NCBI GenBank assembly: GCA_963707985.1
Contig: CAVPRW010000011.1
Location: 64,001-128,000, forward strand
Source: an uncultured Nitrospinota bacterium
Lineage (GTDB): Bacteria; Tectomicrobia; Entotheonellia; J063; CAVPRW01
Direction of reading: 5' to 3'
Length of the DNA: 64,000 nt
Position 1 is the stretch's first letter; every line of letters starts with the position of its first letter. Shown here piece after piece: positions 1 to 12,494 of this stretch. Below the pieces are notes generated by a model. It was not told the origin of the DNA. It worked only from the letters and a program-made list of their open reading frames with translations, and made no database searches. Made by a program: the position numbers and the translations under genes.

Positions 1-441
1 GCGTTGCGGGAAGCCTCCACTCCCGAATTCAAAGCCTACGGACAACAAATTGTACACAATGCTAAGGCGCTGGCAGAGGGGTTGCTCAGCCATGGCTTTA
101 CCCTGATCAGCGGTGGTACCGACAATCATCTCATTCTCATCGATATGACCAACAAAGGCGTGACGGGGAAACAGGCCTCACGAGCGCTCGCCCGAGCGGG
201 CATCGAGACCAATGCGAATACGATTCCCTACGATCCCCGACGACCTTTCGACCCCAGCGGCGTGCGCATCGGTACGCCCGCGGTCACCTCTCGCGGCATG
301 CACGAGCCGGAGATGCAACGCATTGCCGGCTGGATCGATCAGGTCGTCAGCGACGTGAAGGACGAGGCGCTCCACGCCAAGATCCGCGACGAGGTGCGCG
401 AATTTTGCTGCACCTTCCCGTGCCCTGGCATTCGCGTGTGA
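1..441 (+). CDS. glyA: Serine hydroxymethyltransferase, C-terminal part (5'-truncated by the window)
   Basis: GGTDNHL, NTIPYD and [14 protein letters not shown] motifs. Confidence 0.95.
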   Translation, partial: ALREASTPEFKAYGQQIVHNAKALAEGLLSHGFTLISGGTDNHLILIDMTNKGVTGKQASRALARAGIETNANTIPYDPRRPFDPSGVRIGTPAVTSRGMHEPEMQRIAGWIDQVVSDVKDEALHAKIRDEVREFCCTFPCPGIRV

Positions 442-448
442 AGAGCCT

Positions 449-3424
449 ATGGCCAGCCGCATCGAAGTCAGCTTCAAATCCCACTTCCGCGACCCTCTGG
501 GGGAATCTGTGCAACGCGCCATCAGGGAGGATCTCGGCTTTAGCGTCGACAAGGTGAGGACCGTCGACGTCTACACCATCGAGGCTCAGCTGACGCCACT
601 GGAGATCGAGCGGCTACGTCGAGAGCTCTTTACCGATCCGATCGTTCAGGAGTCGTCGGCCACGAGCCGGCTGGCGCGCGATTTCTTCTGGATCATCGAG
701 GTCGGGTTCCGGCCGGGCGTTACCGACAACGTTGGTAAAACGGCGCGTGAGGGCATTGAAGAAATTTTGGGACGCCATCTGGCACTCGAGGAGGCGGTAT
801 ACACGTCCCGACAGTACCTGATCACGGGTCGGTTGACGCGGGATGAGATCGAGCGGGTGGCAGCCGATCTGCTGGCCAATAGCCTAATTCAGCGCTGGGA
901 GATCCGCAACATCGAGGATTGGGCTGAGGGCCATGATCCCGACTTAGGGATACCAAAGGCCGGCCGCCCTGAGCCGTTGCGTGTCGAGTCCATCCCCCTG
1001 AATCTCACCGATGCGGATCTGGTGCAGTTGAGCGACCGTCGCATGCTGGCGCTGTCGTTGGAAGAGATGCAGGCCATCCGGCATTATTTCGGAGCTCCTG
1101 CCTGCATCAATGATCGCCGTGCGCACGGGTTGCCGCCATGGCCAACCGACGTCGAATTAGAGGCGCTGGCGCAGACCTGGTCGGAGCACTGCAAGCACAA
1201 GATCTTCAATGCCCATATCACCTATACCGACGAGCAGGGACACATCCAGGACATCGATAGTCTCTTCAAGACGTTCATCGTGCGAGCGACGGAGGAGATC
1301 AGCCGGCGCGTCGACTGGCTGGTGTCGGTGTTTCATGACAATGCCGGGGTGATTCGTCTCAACGAGGACTGGAACATCTCGATGAAGGTGGAGACGCACA
1401 ATACCCCTTCGGCCCTCGACCCCTATGGCGGGGCGTTGACCGGTATCGTCGGCGTGAATCGCGATCCCTTTGGTACGGGTAAGGGCTGCCGGCTCCTGTT
1501 CAACACCGATGTTCTGTGCTTTGCGCCGCCAGACTATGCCAAGCCGCTGCCGCCGCGACTCATGCATCCGAAACGCGTGTTCAGAGGGGTGCATCGCGGC
1601 GTGAAGGACGGCGCCAACCAGAGTGGCATTCCTGACGTCAACGGGGCCATCCTTTTCGACGAGCGCTTTCTCGGCAAACCCCTCGTGTTTTGTGGTACCG
1701 GGGGCATCATGCCCGCCCGGCTCCAGGGGCATCCGGCGCATGAGAAACATGCCAACCCTGGCGATCTGATCGTCATGGTCGGCGGCCGCATCGGCAAGGA
1801 CGGCATTCACGGGGCGACCTTCTCGTCACAGGAACTCGGGGAGGATTCGCCGGTCAGCGCGGTGCAGATCGGCGATCCGATCACCCAGAAAAAAATGTTC
1901 GACTTCCTGCTGGAGGCGCGCGATCAGGGACTTTACAATGCTATTACCGACAATGGGGCAGGTGGGTTGTCGTCCTCGGTCGGCGAGATGGCACGCGACA
2001 GTAACGGCTGTGAGTTGCACCTCGAAATGGCGCCGCTGAAATATGCCGGCCTACAACCCTGGGAGATCTTGTTATCCGAAGCGCAAGAGCGTATGACCCT
2101 GGCCGTGCCGCCTGCAGCACCTCGAAGCCTCTCCTGGCGTTGGCCGCTCGGCGTGCGGTGGAGGCCACGGTGTTAGGGAGTTTCACTGCCAGCGGCAGAT
2201 TCCACGTCCTGTATAATGGCCAGAGCGTCGCCTGTCTGGACATGGGTTTCCTCCACGATGGCTTGCCCCAAATGTCCCTCAAGGCCGTGTGGCGCCCGCC
2301 CGACCCTGCGCGAACCCCAGCTACCGGAGCCGGACGGATTATGCGGCAGCTTTTGGGCGACGATGCTCGGTCGCCTGAATATCTGCAGCAAAGAGGCATG
2401 GATCCGACAATACGACCATGAAGTGCAGGGCATGAGCGTGGTCAAACCGTTCATCGGTCGCCACAACGATGGCCCCAGCGACGCGGCGGTGTTGCGTCCG
2501 TTGTTGGACTCGAATATCGGCCTTGTAGTTGCGAACGGCATCTGTCCCCGATATGGCGATATCGATACCTATCATATGGTGGCCTGTGCTGTGGACGAGG
2601 CGGTCCGTAATGTCATCGCCGTCGGTGGCCGTATCGGGCGGATCGCCGGCTTGGACAATTTCTGTTGGCCGGACCCCATCTCGTCGCCGACGAATCCCGA
2701 TGCCGAGTACAAACTGGCGCAATTGGTGCGCGCCAATCAGGCCCTGTATGACTACTGTCGGGCATATGATCTCCCATGTATTTCCGGGAAAGACAGCATG
2801 AAAAACGACTATCGCGTCGGCGACGCCAAGATTTCGATCCCGCCGACCGTCCTGTTTTCCGTGCTCGGCATCATTGAGGACGTGACCACCGTGGTGACCA
2901 TGGATGCTAAACGAGCGGGGGATGTGGTCTATGTCCTGGGCATGACTCGCACCGAGCTGGGAGGGTCTGAGTATTACGCTCTGTTGGGGCATCTCGGGAA
3001 GAGTGTGCCACGGGTTGACGCACAAGCCGCCCGGCGCCTGTATGAAGTGTTGTCAACCGCCATGAATCGAGGTCTGGTGGCGTCCTGTCATGATTGTTCG
3101 GACGGTGGGCTGGGGGTGGCGCTGGCGGAAACGGCCTTCGCTGGTGACCTCGGCATGGCTATCGACCTACGTCTGGTGCCACGTGTCAGCGAGTTGCGAG
3201 ATGATATCACGTTATTCTCCGAATCGGCGAGTCGTTTCGTGATCACTGTGCATGCGGAAGATATGACAGCATTCGAGGCGATGTTGCCAGGGGTGCCATG
3301 GGCTGCCGTAGGGCGTGTAACCGGGGCAGGCAAGTTCGAAGTGTTGGGGCGATCAGGAGGGCCGATCATCGAGGTTGAGCTTGATCGCTTGAAAGCTGCC
3401 TGGCAAAAACCACTGAATTGGTAA
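449..3424 (+). CDS. purL: FGAM synthase PurL with N-terminal PurS-like domains; frameshifted near 2115-2135 and ~2310
   Basis: [43 protein letters not shown] and HDCSDGG motifs are spread over three overlapping ORFs. Confidence 0.93.
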
Positions 3425-3454
3425 GAGGAAATCAACGCAACCTGGTGGTCTTTT

Positions 3455-3547
3455 CCCCTCTCCCTCTGGGAGAGGGTCAGGGTGAGGGGAACACGTGAGC
3501 TACACCAAACAGCCCTCACCCCAACTCTTTCCCGGTGAGAGAGGGAG
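3455..3547. repeat. BoxC/REP-like inverted repeat pair
   Basis: cccctctccctctgggagagggtcagggtgagggg followed by ccctcaccccaactctttcccggtgagagaggg; a related copy lies at 57385-57419. Confidence 0.65.
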
Positions 3548-3577
3548 TAAGACGCCAGGACGGGAAGGAACGCTCTT

Positions 3578-4372
3578 ATGCGCAAGCCACGGGCGCTGGT
3601 GCTGACAGGGTATGGCATTAACTGTGACTACGAGACGGCGCATGCCTTTAACCTGCCGGAGGTCGGCGGCGAGGGAGTCCGCGTCCACCTCAACGACCTC
3701 ATTGGCGCTCCGCAGATGCTCGGTGAGTATCAGATCCTGGTGATCCCAGGCGGTTTCTCGTTCGGAGATGATATTGCCTCAGGCAAGGTGCTGGCCGTGA
3801 AACTGAGAGGCCGATTGCTCGACTCACTGCGCGCCTTCGTCGACCATGGTCGTCTGGTGCTGGGCATCTGCAACGGTTTTCAAGTGTTGGTGAAACTTGG
3901 GATGTTGCCCAATCTGGAGGGGCGGTGTGAGCAAGTTGTCACATTGACCTTTAACGATTCTGGGCGTTTCGAGGATCGCTGGGTCTATCTCAAAGTAAAT
4001 CCTTCCTCTAATTGTGTCTTTACATCGGGAGTGGATCGGGTATATTTACCCGTACGCCATGGTGAGGGCAAATTTATCCCACGGGATGCGTCAACTCTCG
4101 CGACCTTAGAAGACCAACACGCCATCGTCATGCACTATACTGACATAGACGGCGAGCTTGGCGGGTATCCGTGGAATCCAAACGGCTCAGTCGGTAACAT
4201 TGCTGGGATCTGTGACGTGACCGGGCGCGTCTTCGGCCTCATGCCCCATCCGGAGGCCTACCTGTACTTCACCAACCATCCGCGTTGGACCCGTGAACGC
4301 GTGCCACCGGAGGGTATGGGAGTACAAATCTTTCGCAATGCTGTCAGCTATGTGAACGAGGCCCTATCGTAA
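3578..4372 (+). CDS. purQ: FGAM synthase glutaminase subunit
   Basis: GINCD, PGGFSFGD, GICNGFQ, HGEG, NPNGS and MPHPE motifs. Confidence 0.95.
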   Translation: MRKPRALVLTGYGINCDYETAHAFNLPEVGGEGVRVHLNDLIGAPQMLGEYQILVIPGGFSFGDDIASGKVLAVKLRGRLLDSLRAFVDHGRLVLGICNGFQVLVKLGMLPNLEGRCEQVVTLTFNDSGRFEDRWVYLKVNPSSNCVFTSGVDRVYLPVRHGEGKFIPRDASTLATLEDQHAIVMHYTDIDGELGGYPWNPNGSVGNIAGICDVTGRVFGLMPHPEAYLYFTNHPRWTRERVPPEGMGVQIFRNAVSYVNEALS

Positions 4373-4453
4373 GCCAGGGCGCTCTGTGGCCAGGGGTGAG
4401 GGCGCAGTCGACCCTGTGGCTGCCAGCCCCTAGACCGGAGTAACCCCCAGCCC

Positions 4454-5887
4454 ATGACAGATTACCAAACCTACGAAAATCCGCTGGGTGCCCGCTATGC
4501 CAGTCGGGAGATGCTCTATACCTTCTCCGCTGAGACAAAATTCCGCACCTGGCGCCGTCTCTGGGTCGCTCTGGCCGAGGCCGAGCAGGAGTTGGGATTG
4601 CCCATCACCACCGAGCAAATCGAGGCCTTGCGCGCCTATCAGAATGAGGTCAATTACGCAGTTGCAGAGGCGCGTGAACGCCAGGTGCGGCATGATGTGA
4701 TGGCGCATATCTACGCCTACGGCGAGCAGTGTCCCAGTGCCCGAGGCATTATTCACCTGGGGGCGACCAGTGCATACGTCACCGACAACACCGACTTGCT
4801 CCAGATGCGCCATGGGCTGCACCTTTTGGGGGACAAACTCCAGCAATTGATCGCCGATCTAGCTGCCTTCGCGGCGCGTCATAAGGACCTGGTGACGCTG
4901 GGCTATACACACTTCCAGCCCGCCCAGCTCACGACGGTCGGGAAACGCGCCTGCCTGTGGTTGCAAGACCTGATGATGGATTACGAAGCGCTAGAGCATT
5001 GCTCCGCCGGCCTCAAGTTTCGGGGAGTCAAAGGGACGACGGGGACCCAGGCGAGTTTTTTAGAATTGTTCGAGGGTGACCACGCCAAAGTCAAACAGCT
5101 CGACGCCCTGGTCACCGAGCGTATGGGCTTTCGCGAAGCCTTCCCCATCACCGGGCAAACGTATCCACGCAAGCAAGACAGCCGGGTCATTCACATTCTC
5201 TCTGAGATCGCCGCCTCAGCCCACAAATTCAGCTCGGATCTTCGGTTGCTGCAGAGTGTGGGAGAAATCGAGGAACCCTTTGAGGCGGATCAGGTGGGCT
5301 CCTCGGCCATGGCGTATAAGCGGAATCCCATGCGCAGCGAGCGTATCGCTGGCTTGTCCCGCTATGTCATCACCACAGCCTTGAACGCTCCTCTGACCGA
5401 GGCGACCCAATGGTTTGAGCGCACGCTCGACGATTCGTCGAACCGGCGTCTGCTGATTCCCGAAGCGTTCCTGGCCACCGACGCCGTTTTGCGACTCTAT
5501 CTTAACGTGGTACGCGGTCTGGTGGTCAATCCCACAGTCATTGCCCGTCGCGTGGCACAGGAGCTCCCCTTCATGGCCACCGAAGCGCTGTTGATGGCTG
5601 GGGTCAAAGCCGGTGGAGATCGACAGACGTTACACGAGCGCATCCGCGTTCATTCTCTGGCGGCCGCGCAGGCGGTGAAGGAAGGCAGAGCGAACGATCT
5701 CATGGGGCGTGTTGCCGCCGATCCAGCCTTCGCGGCAGTCCACGATGAGCTCCCCAAGCTGCTGACGCCCATGCGCTTTGTCGGTCGTGCACCACAACAA
5801 GTCGACGACTATCTGTCCACAACGATCTATCCACTGTTGCAACAGCGTGAACACCTGGAACCGGTGGATGCCGAGGTGCACGTCTAG
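4454..5887 (+). CDS. purB: Adenylosuccinate lyase
   Basis: RHDVMA, IHLGATS, GYTHFQPAQ and GSSAMAYKRNP motifs. Confidence 0.95.
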   Translation: MTDYQTYENPLGARYASREMLYTFSAETKFRTWRRLWVALAEAEQELGLPITTEQIEALRAYQNEVNYAVAEARERQVRHDVMAHIYAYGEQCPSARGIIHLGATSAYVTDNTDLLQMRHGLHLLGDKLQQLIADLAAFAARHKDLVTLGYTHFQPAQLTTVGKRACLWLQDLMMDYEALEHCSAGLKFRGVKGTTGTQASFLELFEGDHAKVKQLDALVTERMGFREAFPITGQTYPRKQDSRVIHILSEIAASAHKFSSDLRLLQSVGEIEEPFEADQVGSSAMAYKRNPMRSERIAGLSRYVITTALNAPLTEATQWFERTLDDSSNRRLLIPEAFLATDAVLRLYLNVVRGLVVNPTVIARRVAQELPFMATEALLMAGVKAGGDRQTLHERIRVHSLAAAQAVKEGRANDLMGRVAADPAFAAVHDELPKLLTPMRFVGRAPQQVDDYLSTTIYPLLQQREHLEPVDAEVHV

Positions 5888-5902
5888 AAGAGGAGGGAGA
5901 GA

Positions 5903-6490
5903 GTGGAGCCAGGGGAGTCGGACATTGCCCAACGGGGTCGTATCCTGGTGGATTGGGAGATCCGCGAGTATGCCGACAAATATGGCATGATCGAACCCTT
6001 TGAGAATCATCTGGTGCGTGAGGGGGTGATCTCCTACGGACTCTCCTCGATGGGCTACGACATCCGCATCGCGGATGAGTTCAAGATTTTCACGAATATC
6101 AATACCACTGTGGTCGATCCCAAGCATTTCGACCCGCGTTCATTCATCGATGTCCGCAGCGAATCCTGCATCATTCCGCCAAACTCATTTGCATTAGGAC
6201 GGTCCTTGGAGTATTTTCGTATCCCGCGCAAGGTCTTGGGGATTTGTATCGGCAAATCGACGTATGCCCGTTGTGGCATCGTGGTCAATATTACCCCACT
6301 CGAGTGTGAGTGGGAGGGACATCTGACCATCGAAATTTCCAATACCACACCATTGCCGGCGAAAATTTATAGTAATGAAGGTATCGCGCAGGTCATCTTT
6401 CTTGAAAGCGAGCAGGTCTGTGAGGTCTCATACGCCGATCGTGGGGGGAAATATCAATTTCAGCGCGGTATCACCATCCCACGGGTGTAA
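5903..6490 (+). CDS. dcd: dCTP deaminase
   Basis: [22 protein letters not shown] and NEGIAQ motifs; C-terminal GKYQ. Confidence 0.93.
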   Translation: MEPGESDIAQRGRILVDWEIREYADKYGMIEPFENHLVREGVISYGLSSMGYDIRIADEFKIFTNINTTVVDPKHFDPRSFIDVRSESCIIPPNSFALGRSLEYFRIPRKVLGICIGKSTYARCGIVVNITPLECEWEGHLTIEISNTTPLPAKIYSNEGIAQVIFLESEQVCEVSYADRGGKYQFQRGITIPRV

Positions 6491-6522
6491 CCCTGCAGCT
6501 GAGCTGAGAAGGAGGCGCGTTT

Positions 6523-8266
6523 GTGAAAGTCAAACTGGCGAAATCGGCTGGATTCTGTTGGGGCGTCCGCCGGACCATGAACATCGCCATGGATGCGGCG
6601 GAAAGTACCGACGGGCCGGTGAATACCTTCGGGCCCTTGATTCACAATCCCCAGGTGGTGGACCTACTGGCCAGCAAGGGGATGAAGGTGGTGAACACCT
6701 TCGATGAGCTCGAAGAGGGCACCACCCTGGTGATTCGTGCCCACGGAATTCCACCGGAGACTCGGCAAGAACTCAAGAGCCGCGGCGTCAAATTCCGCGA
6801 CGGTACGTGTCCCTTGGTCGCCAAAGTCCACGCGCATATCAAGAAGTATCTAGGGCAGGGCTATGAGCTGGTAATTTTGGGGCATAAGGACCACCCTGAG
6901 GTCATCGGGCATCTAGGCTATGCTCAGGGCCATGGCACTGTGATCGGTTCGGTCGAGGATGTGGATACGCTGCCCCCAATGGGCAAAGTGTGTTTGGTGT
7001 CCCAGACGACGGCGAACGAGACCAAGTTTCACCAGGTGGCACAGCAGCTCAAGGCTAGGTACGACGACTGTGTAGTGGTGAACACCATTTGCGACGACAC
7101 GCATACCCGACAGGAAGAGGTGTTGCAGGTGGCGGAGACGGTCGACGCCATGGTGATCGTCGGCGGCAAGGGTAGCAGCAATACCCAGCGCCTGGTGGAG
7201 CTGTCCAGCTCGAAGGGTATTCCAGCATTTCATGTCGAAACTGCGGACGAATTGGAGCTCGACAAGCTGACCGAATACGAGACCGTCGGGGTGACCGCCG
7301 GAGCTTCCACCCCCAACTGGATCATCCAGCAAGTGGTCGAGCGCCTAGAACAGCGCGCAAACACGCCGGCCGACAGGCTGGAAGCTGATGCAGCGCATGC
7401 TCAGGTTTCTGACCCTGACCAATCTGTATATTGCGCTCGGGGCGGCAGGGTTGACTTTGGCCAACACCCAACTCTTGGGTCAAGGATTTACCCCAGTGTA
7501 TCTGGTCATTGCAGCGTTTTATGTGTTGGCCGTGCATACGTTGAATCGGTTGGCAGAGGTGAAAGCGGGCAAGCTCAATGACCCCAACCGCAGCGAATTC
7601 TATCAGCAGCATCGGGGCATCCTGCAGGCTAGCGCGCTGGCGTGTGGCTTGGGGACGATCGCCATGTCGCTCAGTCTCGGCTGGGGAGCACTGGCATTAA
7701 CGACCCTGATGGTGGTCATGGGTGGACTCTACCAGACTGATCTGGTGTGGGGTGAGCGTGCCAATACCTTGAAATATCGACGCCTGAGGGACATCCCAAC
7801 GTCCAAGACCTTATTCGTACCGTTGGCGTGGGCGGTCATTACCCTGATTCTGCCGGCGCTCAGTTCCGCCACACCGGTGCTCTGGTGGCAGATTGGGGCG
7901 CTCTCCTGTATGTCCTTTTTGCTGGTGTTTGTGCGCTCGACCCTGTTGGACATTCGTGACATTCAAGGGGATCGGCTCGTCGGCAAGGAGACCATCCCCA
8001 TCGTGCTCGGGCTGAAGCGGACTATGCAGTTGCTTGTGGGTGCCACGGTTATTCTGGGCCTGCTCTTTGTCGTGGCGCCTCTCAGCGGTTGGCTCAGCCC
8101 ATGGCATGCCAGTTTTTTGTTGGGCGTCGGGTACCTGTCGGCAGTGGCCTACCTGATCACCCATCAACGTATCGCGCGTCGTTTTTTGAGCGAATCGTTG
8201 GTGGATGGAACCTTCCTGGTGTTCGGTGGTATTGCACTGGTCATCATGCTTAGTCGATCATCATAG
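6523..8266 (+). CDS. ispH: IspH (LytB), probably fused to a C-terminal UbiA-like prenyltransferase domain; frameshift near 7350-7390
   Basis: AGFCWGV, IHN, RAHG, DGTCP, NTIC, SSNT and TAGASTP motifs, followed by an overlapping membrane ORF with DIRDIQGDRLVGKETIP. Confidence 0.88.
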
Positions 8267-8348
8267 CCGGTTTTGCCAGAGCTCCAGGGTGGTTCAGGGC
8301 AGATGGCCGCTGGAGCTCTGGTGAGCGGTCTCCTTGAGACACCATACT

Positions 8349-9626
8349 ATGCTCGACATTGCGTTCATTCGGGAATTCCCGGACCTGGTCAAGGCCGGGG
8401 CAAGGAAAAAGCGGATACAGGTGGATGTCGACCGTCTGCTGGATGTTGATCGGCAGCGACGCAGCCTTATTACCGAGATCGAACAGTTGCGCGCCGAGCG
8501 CAATCGTACATCGAAACTGGTGTCAAGCCTTCCCCCCAGCGAGCGTGAGACCGTCCTGGCCGAAACGCGCGGCCTTACCGAACAAATTAGGCTCAGCGAG
8601 ACAGCCCTAGCACCGCTCGAGGCAGAGTTCGAGCAGTTGATGCTCCAGGTTCCCAATGTGCCGGCCGCTGATGTGCCTGAGGGCCTGACCGATGCGGATA
8701 ATGTCGAGATTCGGCGTTGGGGAGAGCTACCAACCTTCTCCTTCACCCCGCGCGATCATGTCGAGCTCGGAGAAATTCTCGACCTTATCGACGTCAAGCG
8801 TGCGGTCAGGATTGCCGGAGCGCGAACCTACTATTTAAAAAACGAAGCGGTGCTCCTGGAGTTGGCGGTGTTGCGCTTTACGTTGGATCACATGATGCGC
8901 CGGGGCTTCATCCCCATGCTGGTGCCACACCTGGTCAAGGATGAGGCGATGCTCGGCACCGCCTATTTCCCTGGCGGTGAGGAGCAGGCCTATCGCGTCG
9001 AAAAGGATGCGGTGAATCTGATTGGGACCGCTGAGGTGCCGTTAACCGCGTATCATTACGACGAGATTTTGAGTGAGACCGAATTGCCCAAACGCTATGT
9101 CGGCATGTCGGCGTGTTATCGACGTGAAGCGGGCACCTATGGACGCGACACTCGCGGCCTCTATCGTATCCATCAGTTTCACAAAGTGGAGCAGGTGATT
9201 ATCTGCACGGCTGATGAACAGGTATCGATCGCGGAGCATGAAGACATCGTTCGCCACGCCGAGGAAATCTTACAAGCCCTGCAGCTGCCGTATCGCGTGG
9301 TGAATGTCTGTGGGGGTGATCTGGGGGCTCCACAGGTCAAGAAATACGACATCGAAACCTGGATGCCTAGCCGAGGGGGCTATGGAGAGACACACTCGGC
9401 CTCACGGTTTTATGACTTTCAGGCGCGCCGCTTGAAATTACGCTATCGTGACCGCCAGGGCCGTGTCCACTATGCCCATACCCTGAATAACACGGTGATC
9501 GCCTCCCCACGGATTCTCATTCCGATTCTGGAAATCTACCAGCAAGAAGATGGCTCTGTCATCGTGCCGGAGGCGCTGCGTCCCTATATGGGCGGGATCG
9601 ATCATATCGAGCGCAAGAAAAAATGA
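8349..9626 (+). CDS. serS: Seryl-tRNA synthetase
   Basis: MLDI start; GTAEVP, RREAG, HQFHKVE, KKYDIETW and HTLNNT motifs. Confidence 0.96.
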   Translation: MLDIAFIREFPDLVKAGARKKRIQVDVDRLLDVDRQRRSLITEIEQLRAERNRTSKLVSSLPPSERETVLAETRGLTEQIRLSETALAPLEAEFEQLMLQVPNVPAADVPEGLTDADNVEIRRWGELPTFSFTPRDHVELGEILDLIDVKRAVRIAGARTYYLKNEAVLLELAVLRFTLDHMMRRGFIPMLVPHLVKDEAMLGTAYFPGGEEQAYRVEKDAVNLIGTAEVPLTAYHYDEILSETELPKRYVGMSACYRREAGTYGRDTRGLYRIHQFHKVEQVIICTADEQVSIAEHEDIVRHAEEILQALQLPYRVVNVCGGDLGAPQVKKYDIETWMPSRGGYGETHSASRFYDFQARRLKLRYRDRQGRVHYAHTLNNTVIASPRILIPILEIYQQEDGSVIVPEALRPYMGGIDHIERKKK

Positions 9627-9686
9627 ACCGGCAGATGCATGCGGATGATCATTGCTTCTCCGTGTTTATCCGTGTCCAACTGTGGA
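9626..9686. repeat. Degenerate intergenic inverted repeat (cagatgcatgcggat...tccgtgtttatccgtg type)
   Basis: Imperfect dyad between serS and argS; resembles, from memory, a repeat type found near GxxExxY genes. Confidence 0.4.
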
Positions 9687-9716
9687 AGCAGCTTTAATGG
9701 TTTTTAAGGATCCGCC

Positions 9717-11414
9717 ATGAACGCCTTTCGCGACCAGATTGTGCAGTATTTAGCGTCCCGCGTGCCGCTTGATGAAGCCGACCTTCAGCGAGCCATCGAA
9801 GTCCCCCCATCGGTAGAGCTTGGCGATTATGCCTTCCCCTGCTTTCCGCTGGCCAAAGCTCTACGCAAAGCACCGGCGGTGATCGCCACCGAGCTCGCGG
9901 CGGCGTTTCAGCCAACGGCGCTCATCAAGGAAGCTCGTGCCGCTGGGCCATACGTGAATTTCTTTGTGGATCGAGTGGCCTATGCTCGTGCCGCTCTGGG
10001 GGTGATCCTGGCGCAAGACAGCGAATATGGCAAATCGACAGAGGGCGTGGGCAAGACGGTCGTGATCGATTACTCTTCCCCGAATATCGCCAAACCTTTT
10101 GGCGTGGGACACTTACGTTCCACGGTCATCGGTAACGCGCTGTATCGGATTCACGACCATCTGGGTTATCGGGTTATGCGCATTAATCATCTGGGTGATT
10201 GGGGTACCCAATTCGGGAAACTCATCGTGGCATTCAAACGTTGGGGTAATGATACGGACCTCACGACCCACGCCATTCAGACCTTGTATGATCTCTATGT
10301 GCGCTTCCACACCGAGGTCGAAACCCACCCTGAGCTCGATGATGAGGCACGCGGTTGGTTCAAAGGTTTGGAGGATGGCGACCCAGAAGCGCGGGCCATC
10401 TGGCAACGTTTTCGTGATCTCAGCCTGCTGGAGTTCGCCCGCATCTATGAGCGGCTGGGTATTAGCTTCGATTCGCAGGCCGGAGAGAGCTTCTACGAGC
10501 CCTTTTTGGACCAAACGATCGAGCGCATCCGGCAGGCTGGCCTGGTGAGTATCAGCGACGAGGCCCTCATCGTCGATCTCGGTCCCTATAAGATGCCTCC
10601 GTGCCTGTTGCGGAAGAAAGATGAAGCGACCCTCTACGCCACCCGTGATCTGGCCGCCGCCATGTATCGTCATGAGACGTATGGCTTTTGGAAGATGCTC
10701 TACGTGGTGGGCGCAGACCAGCGCCTGCACTTTCAGCAGGTGTTCAAAGTCCTGGAGCTCATGGGATTCCCCTGGGCGAAAGATTGCGTCCACGTCGACT
10801 TCGGGTTGATCCGCTTTCATGACGAGAAGATGGGGACACGCCGCGGCAACATCATCTTTCTGGAAGATGTGCTGGATCGCGCCGTTGAGCTAGCTGAGCA
10901 GATTGTGCATGAGAAAAATCCCGAACTGCCTAACAAACACCAGGTGGCAGAAGCAGTAGGGATTGGCGCAGTCATTTTCACAGACCTCAGCACACGCCGC
11001 GTCAAGGATGTCAATTTCGAGTGGGAGAAAGTACTGACCTTTGAGGGAGAGACCGGGCCGTACGTGCAGTACACGCATGCCCGTGCCTGCAGTGTGCTCC
11101 GTAAGGCTGATCAAGCGCCAGGACCCGATGTCGATTACGGTCATTTGACGCAAGACGACGCCTTCGATCTGGTCCGCCTGCTGGCTGACTACCCAGTTGT
11201 GCTTCGCAGGGCTGCTGAGAGCTACGAACCGTTCTTCTTAACCGATTACCTGCTCACCCTGTCCGAGCGCTTCAACAAATACTATCACAATTATCGTATA
11301 TTGACTGATGACGCCGCGGTACGCGAGGCGCGATTAGTGCTCGTGAAAGATGTGCAACATGTGCTTGAGAGCGGACTCGCGCTGCTTGGCATCAAGGCAC
11401 CAGAAGAAATGTAA
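9717..11414 (+). CDS. argS: Arginyl-tRNA synthetase
   Basis: DYSSPNIAK, VGHLRS, NHLGDWGTQFG, KMGTRRG and GPYVQYTHAR motifs; APEEM end. Confidence 0.96.
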   Translation: MNAFRDQIVQYLASRVPLDEADLQRAIEVPPSVELGDYAFPCFPLAKALRKAPAVIATELAAAFQPTALIKEARAAGPYVNFFVDRVAYARAALGVILAQDSEYGKSTEGVGKTVVIDYSSPNIAKPFGVGHLRSTVIGNALYRIHDHLGYRVMRINHLGDWGTQFGKLIVAFKRWGNDTDLTTHAIQTLYDLYVRFHTEVETHPELDDEARGWFKGLEDGDPEARAIWQRFRDLSLLEFARIYERLGISFDSQAGESFYEPFLDQTIERIRQAGLVSISDEALIVDLGPYKMPPCLLRKKDEATLYATRDLAAAMYRHETYGFWKMLYVVGADQRLHFQQVFKVLELMGFPWAKDCVHVDFGLIRFHDEKMGTRRGNIIFLEDVLDRAVELAEQIVHEKNPELPNKHQVAEAVGIGAVIFTDLSTRRVKDVNFEWEKVLTFEGETGPYVQYTHARACSVLRKADQAPGPDVDYGHLTQDDAFDLVRLLADYPVVLRRAAESYEPFFLTDYLLTLSERFNKYYHNYRILTDDAAVREARLVLVKDVQHVLESGLALLGIKAPEEM

Positions 11415-11488
11415 CTTGAGATGGGGAAGTTTTGACAACTCCGGGCCTACCACGACAGACGACACTTCTGACCAGCGAGGAATGACGC

Positions 11489-12085
11489 ATGATTCTGATG
11501 CTCGACAACTATGACTCCTTCACCTACAACCTCGTCCAATACTTGGGCGAGCTGGGTGCCGACGTTCAGGTCTATCGAAACGATCAGATCACGGTGGCAG
11601 AGATCGAGCGACTTGCCCCGACGAAGATCGTCATCTCTCCAGGTCCATGCACTCCCACAGACGCGGGGATCTCTTGCGAGGTTATTCGGGAGTTCGCTGG
11701 TCGCGTGCCCTTGTTGGGTGTCTGTCTTGGCCATCAGTGTATTGGTGAAGTTTTTGGCGGGGAGATTGTACGAGCGCCCGCGCTGTTCCACGGCAAGACC
11801 TCGATGATTTACCATGATGGCAAAACGATTTTCCGTGGTCTACCCCATCCTTTTGAGGCAACGCGCTACCATTCGTTGATCATTCGCCGCGAGACGCTGC
11901 CTGATTGCTTGGAGGTGTCGGCAGAGACTGACGATGGGGTGATTATGGGCGTGAGACACCGGGAATTGCTGGTTGAGGGCGTGCAATTTCATCCCGAGTC
12001 GATCTTGACGCGTGAGGGCAAACCGTTGCTAGGGAATTTCCTATCCCAAGCGCCCGGTGTGGAACTCGAAGCGTTGCAACGATGA
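11489..12085 (+). CDS. pabA: Anthranilate/aminodeoxychorismate synthase component II (TrpG/PabA)
   Basis: [26 protein letters not shown] and QFHPES motifs. Confidence 0.88.
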   Translation: MILMLDNYDSFTYNLVQYLGELGADVQVYRNDQITVAEIERLAPTKIVISPGPCTPTDAGISCEVIREFAGRVPLLGVCLGHQCIGEVFGGEIVRAPALFHGKTSMIYHDGKTIFRGLPHPFEATRYHSLIIRRETLPDCLEVSAETDDGVIMGVRHRELLVEGVQFHPESILTREGKPLLGNFLSQAPGVELEALQR

Positions 12086-12494
12086 ATCATGTGGCACTCG
12101 GGGGGCTTTCCCCATCTGAATGGGAGCATCCGACGGAATCGTTCGACAACGGAGTGCACGCGTCGGGACCGCTCGTGCGCTGACAGAAAATGCGCCCGCA
12201 TGCTCCCGAACAGCTCAGCGAAGCCCACAGCCAGTCATCTTGTGTCTAGATTCTTAAGGACAAGAAGGTCGCCGAGAGTCCCCGCCGCATCCACCTCTAT
12301 AATTTCCGGTTGGTCGATGAGATGCCCCTGCAGCGACTGTGGGCGGTTTTCCCGCGCATGCAGCCTTAGCATCGTCCACCACAGCCCCTTACGCTGAGTC
12401 TGTATGACGTCCGCTGGCGACTGGCCACGGGCATGTGTCTGCTAATGACCACGACTGCTTCAGGGCTTTGGAGTGAGCTCGGTCTGGTTGGCCC

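Noticed and set aside
449..3424. Programmed frameshifting or pseudogenisation of purL and other split genes
   Set aside because: Single-base indels occur throughout the window without slippery motifs, including in essential genes; sequencing error is the simplest explanation.
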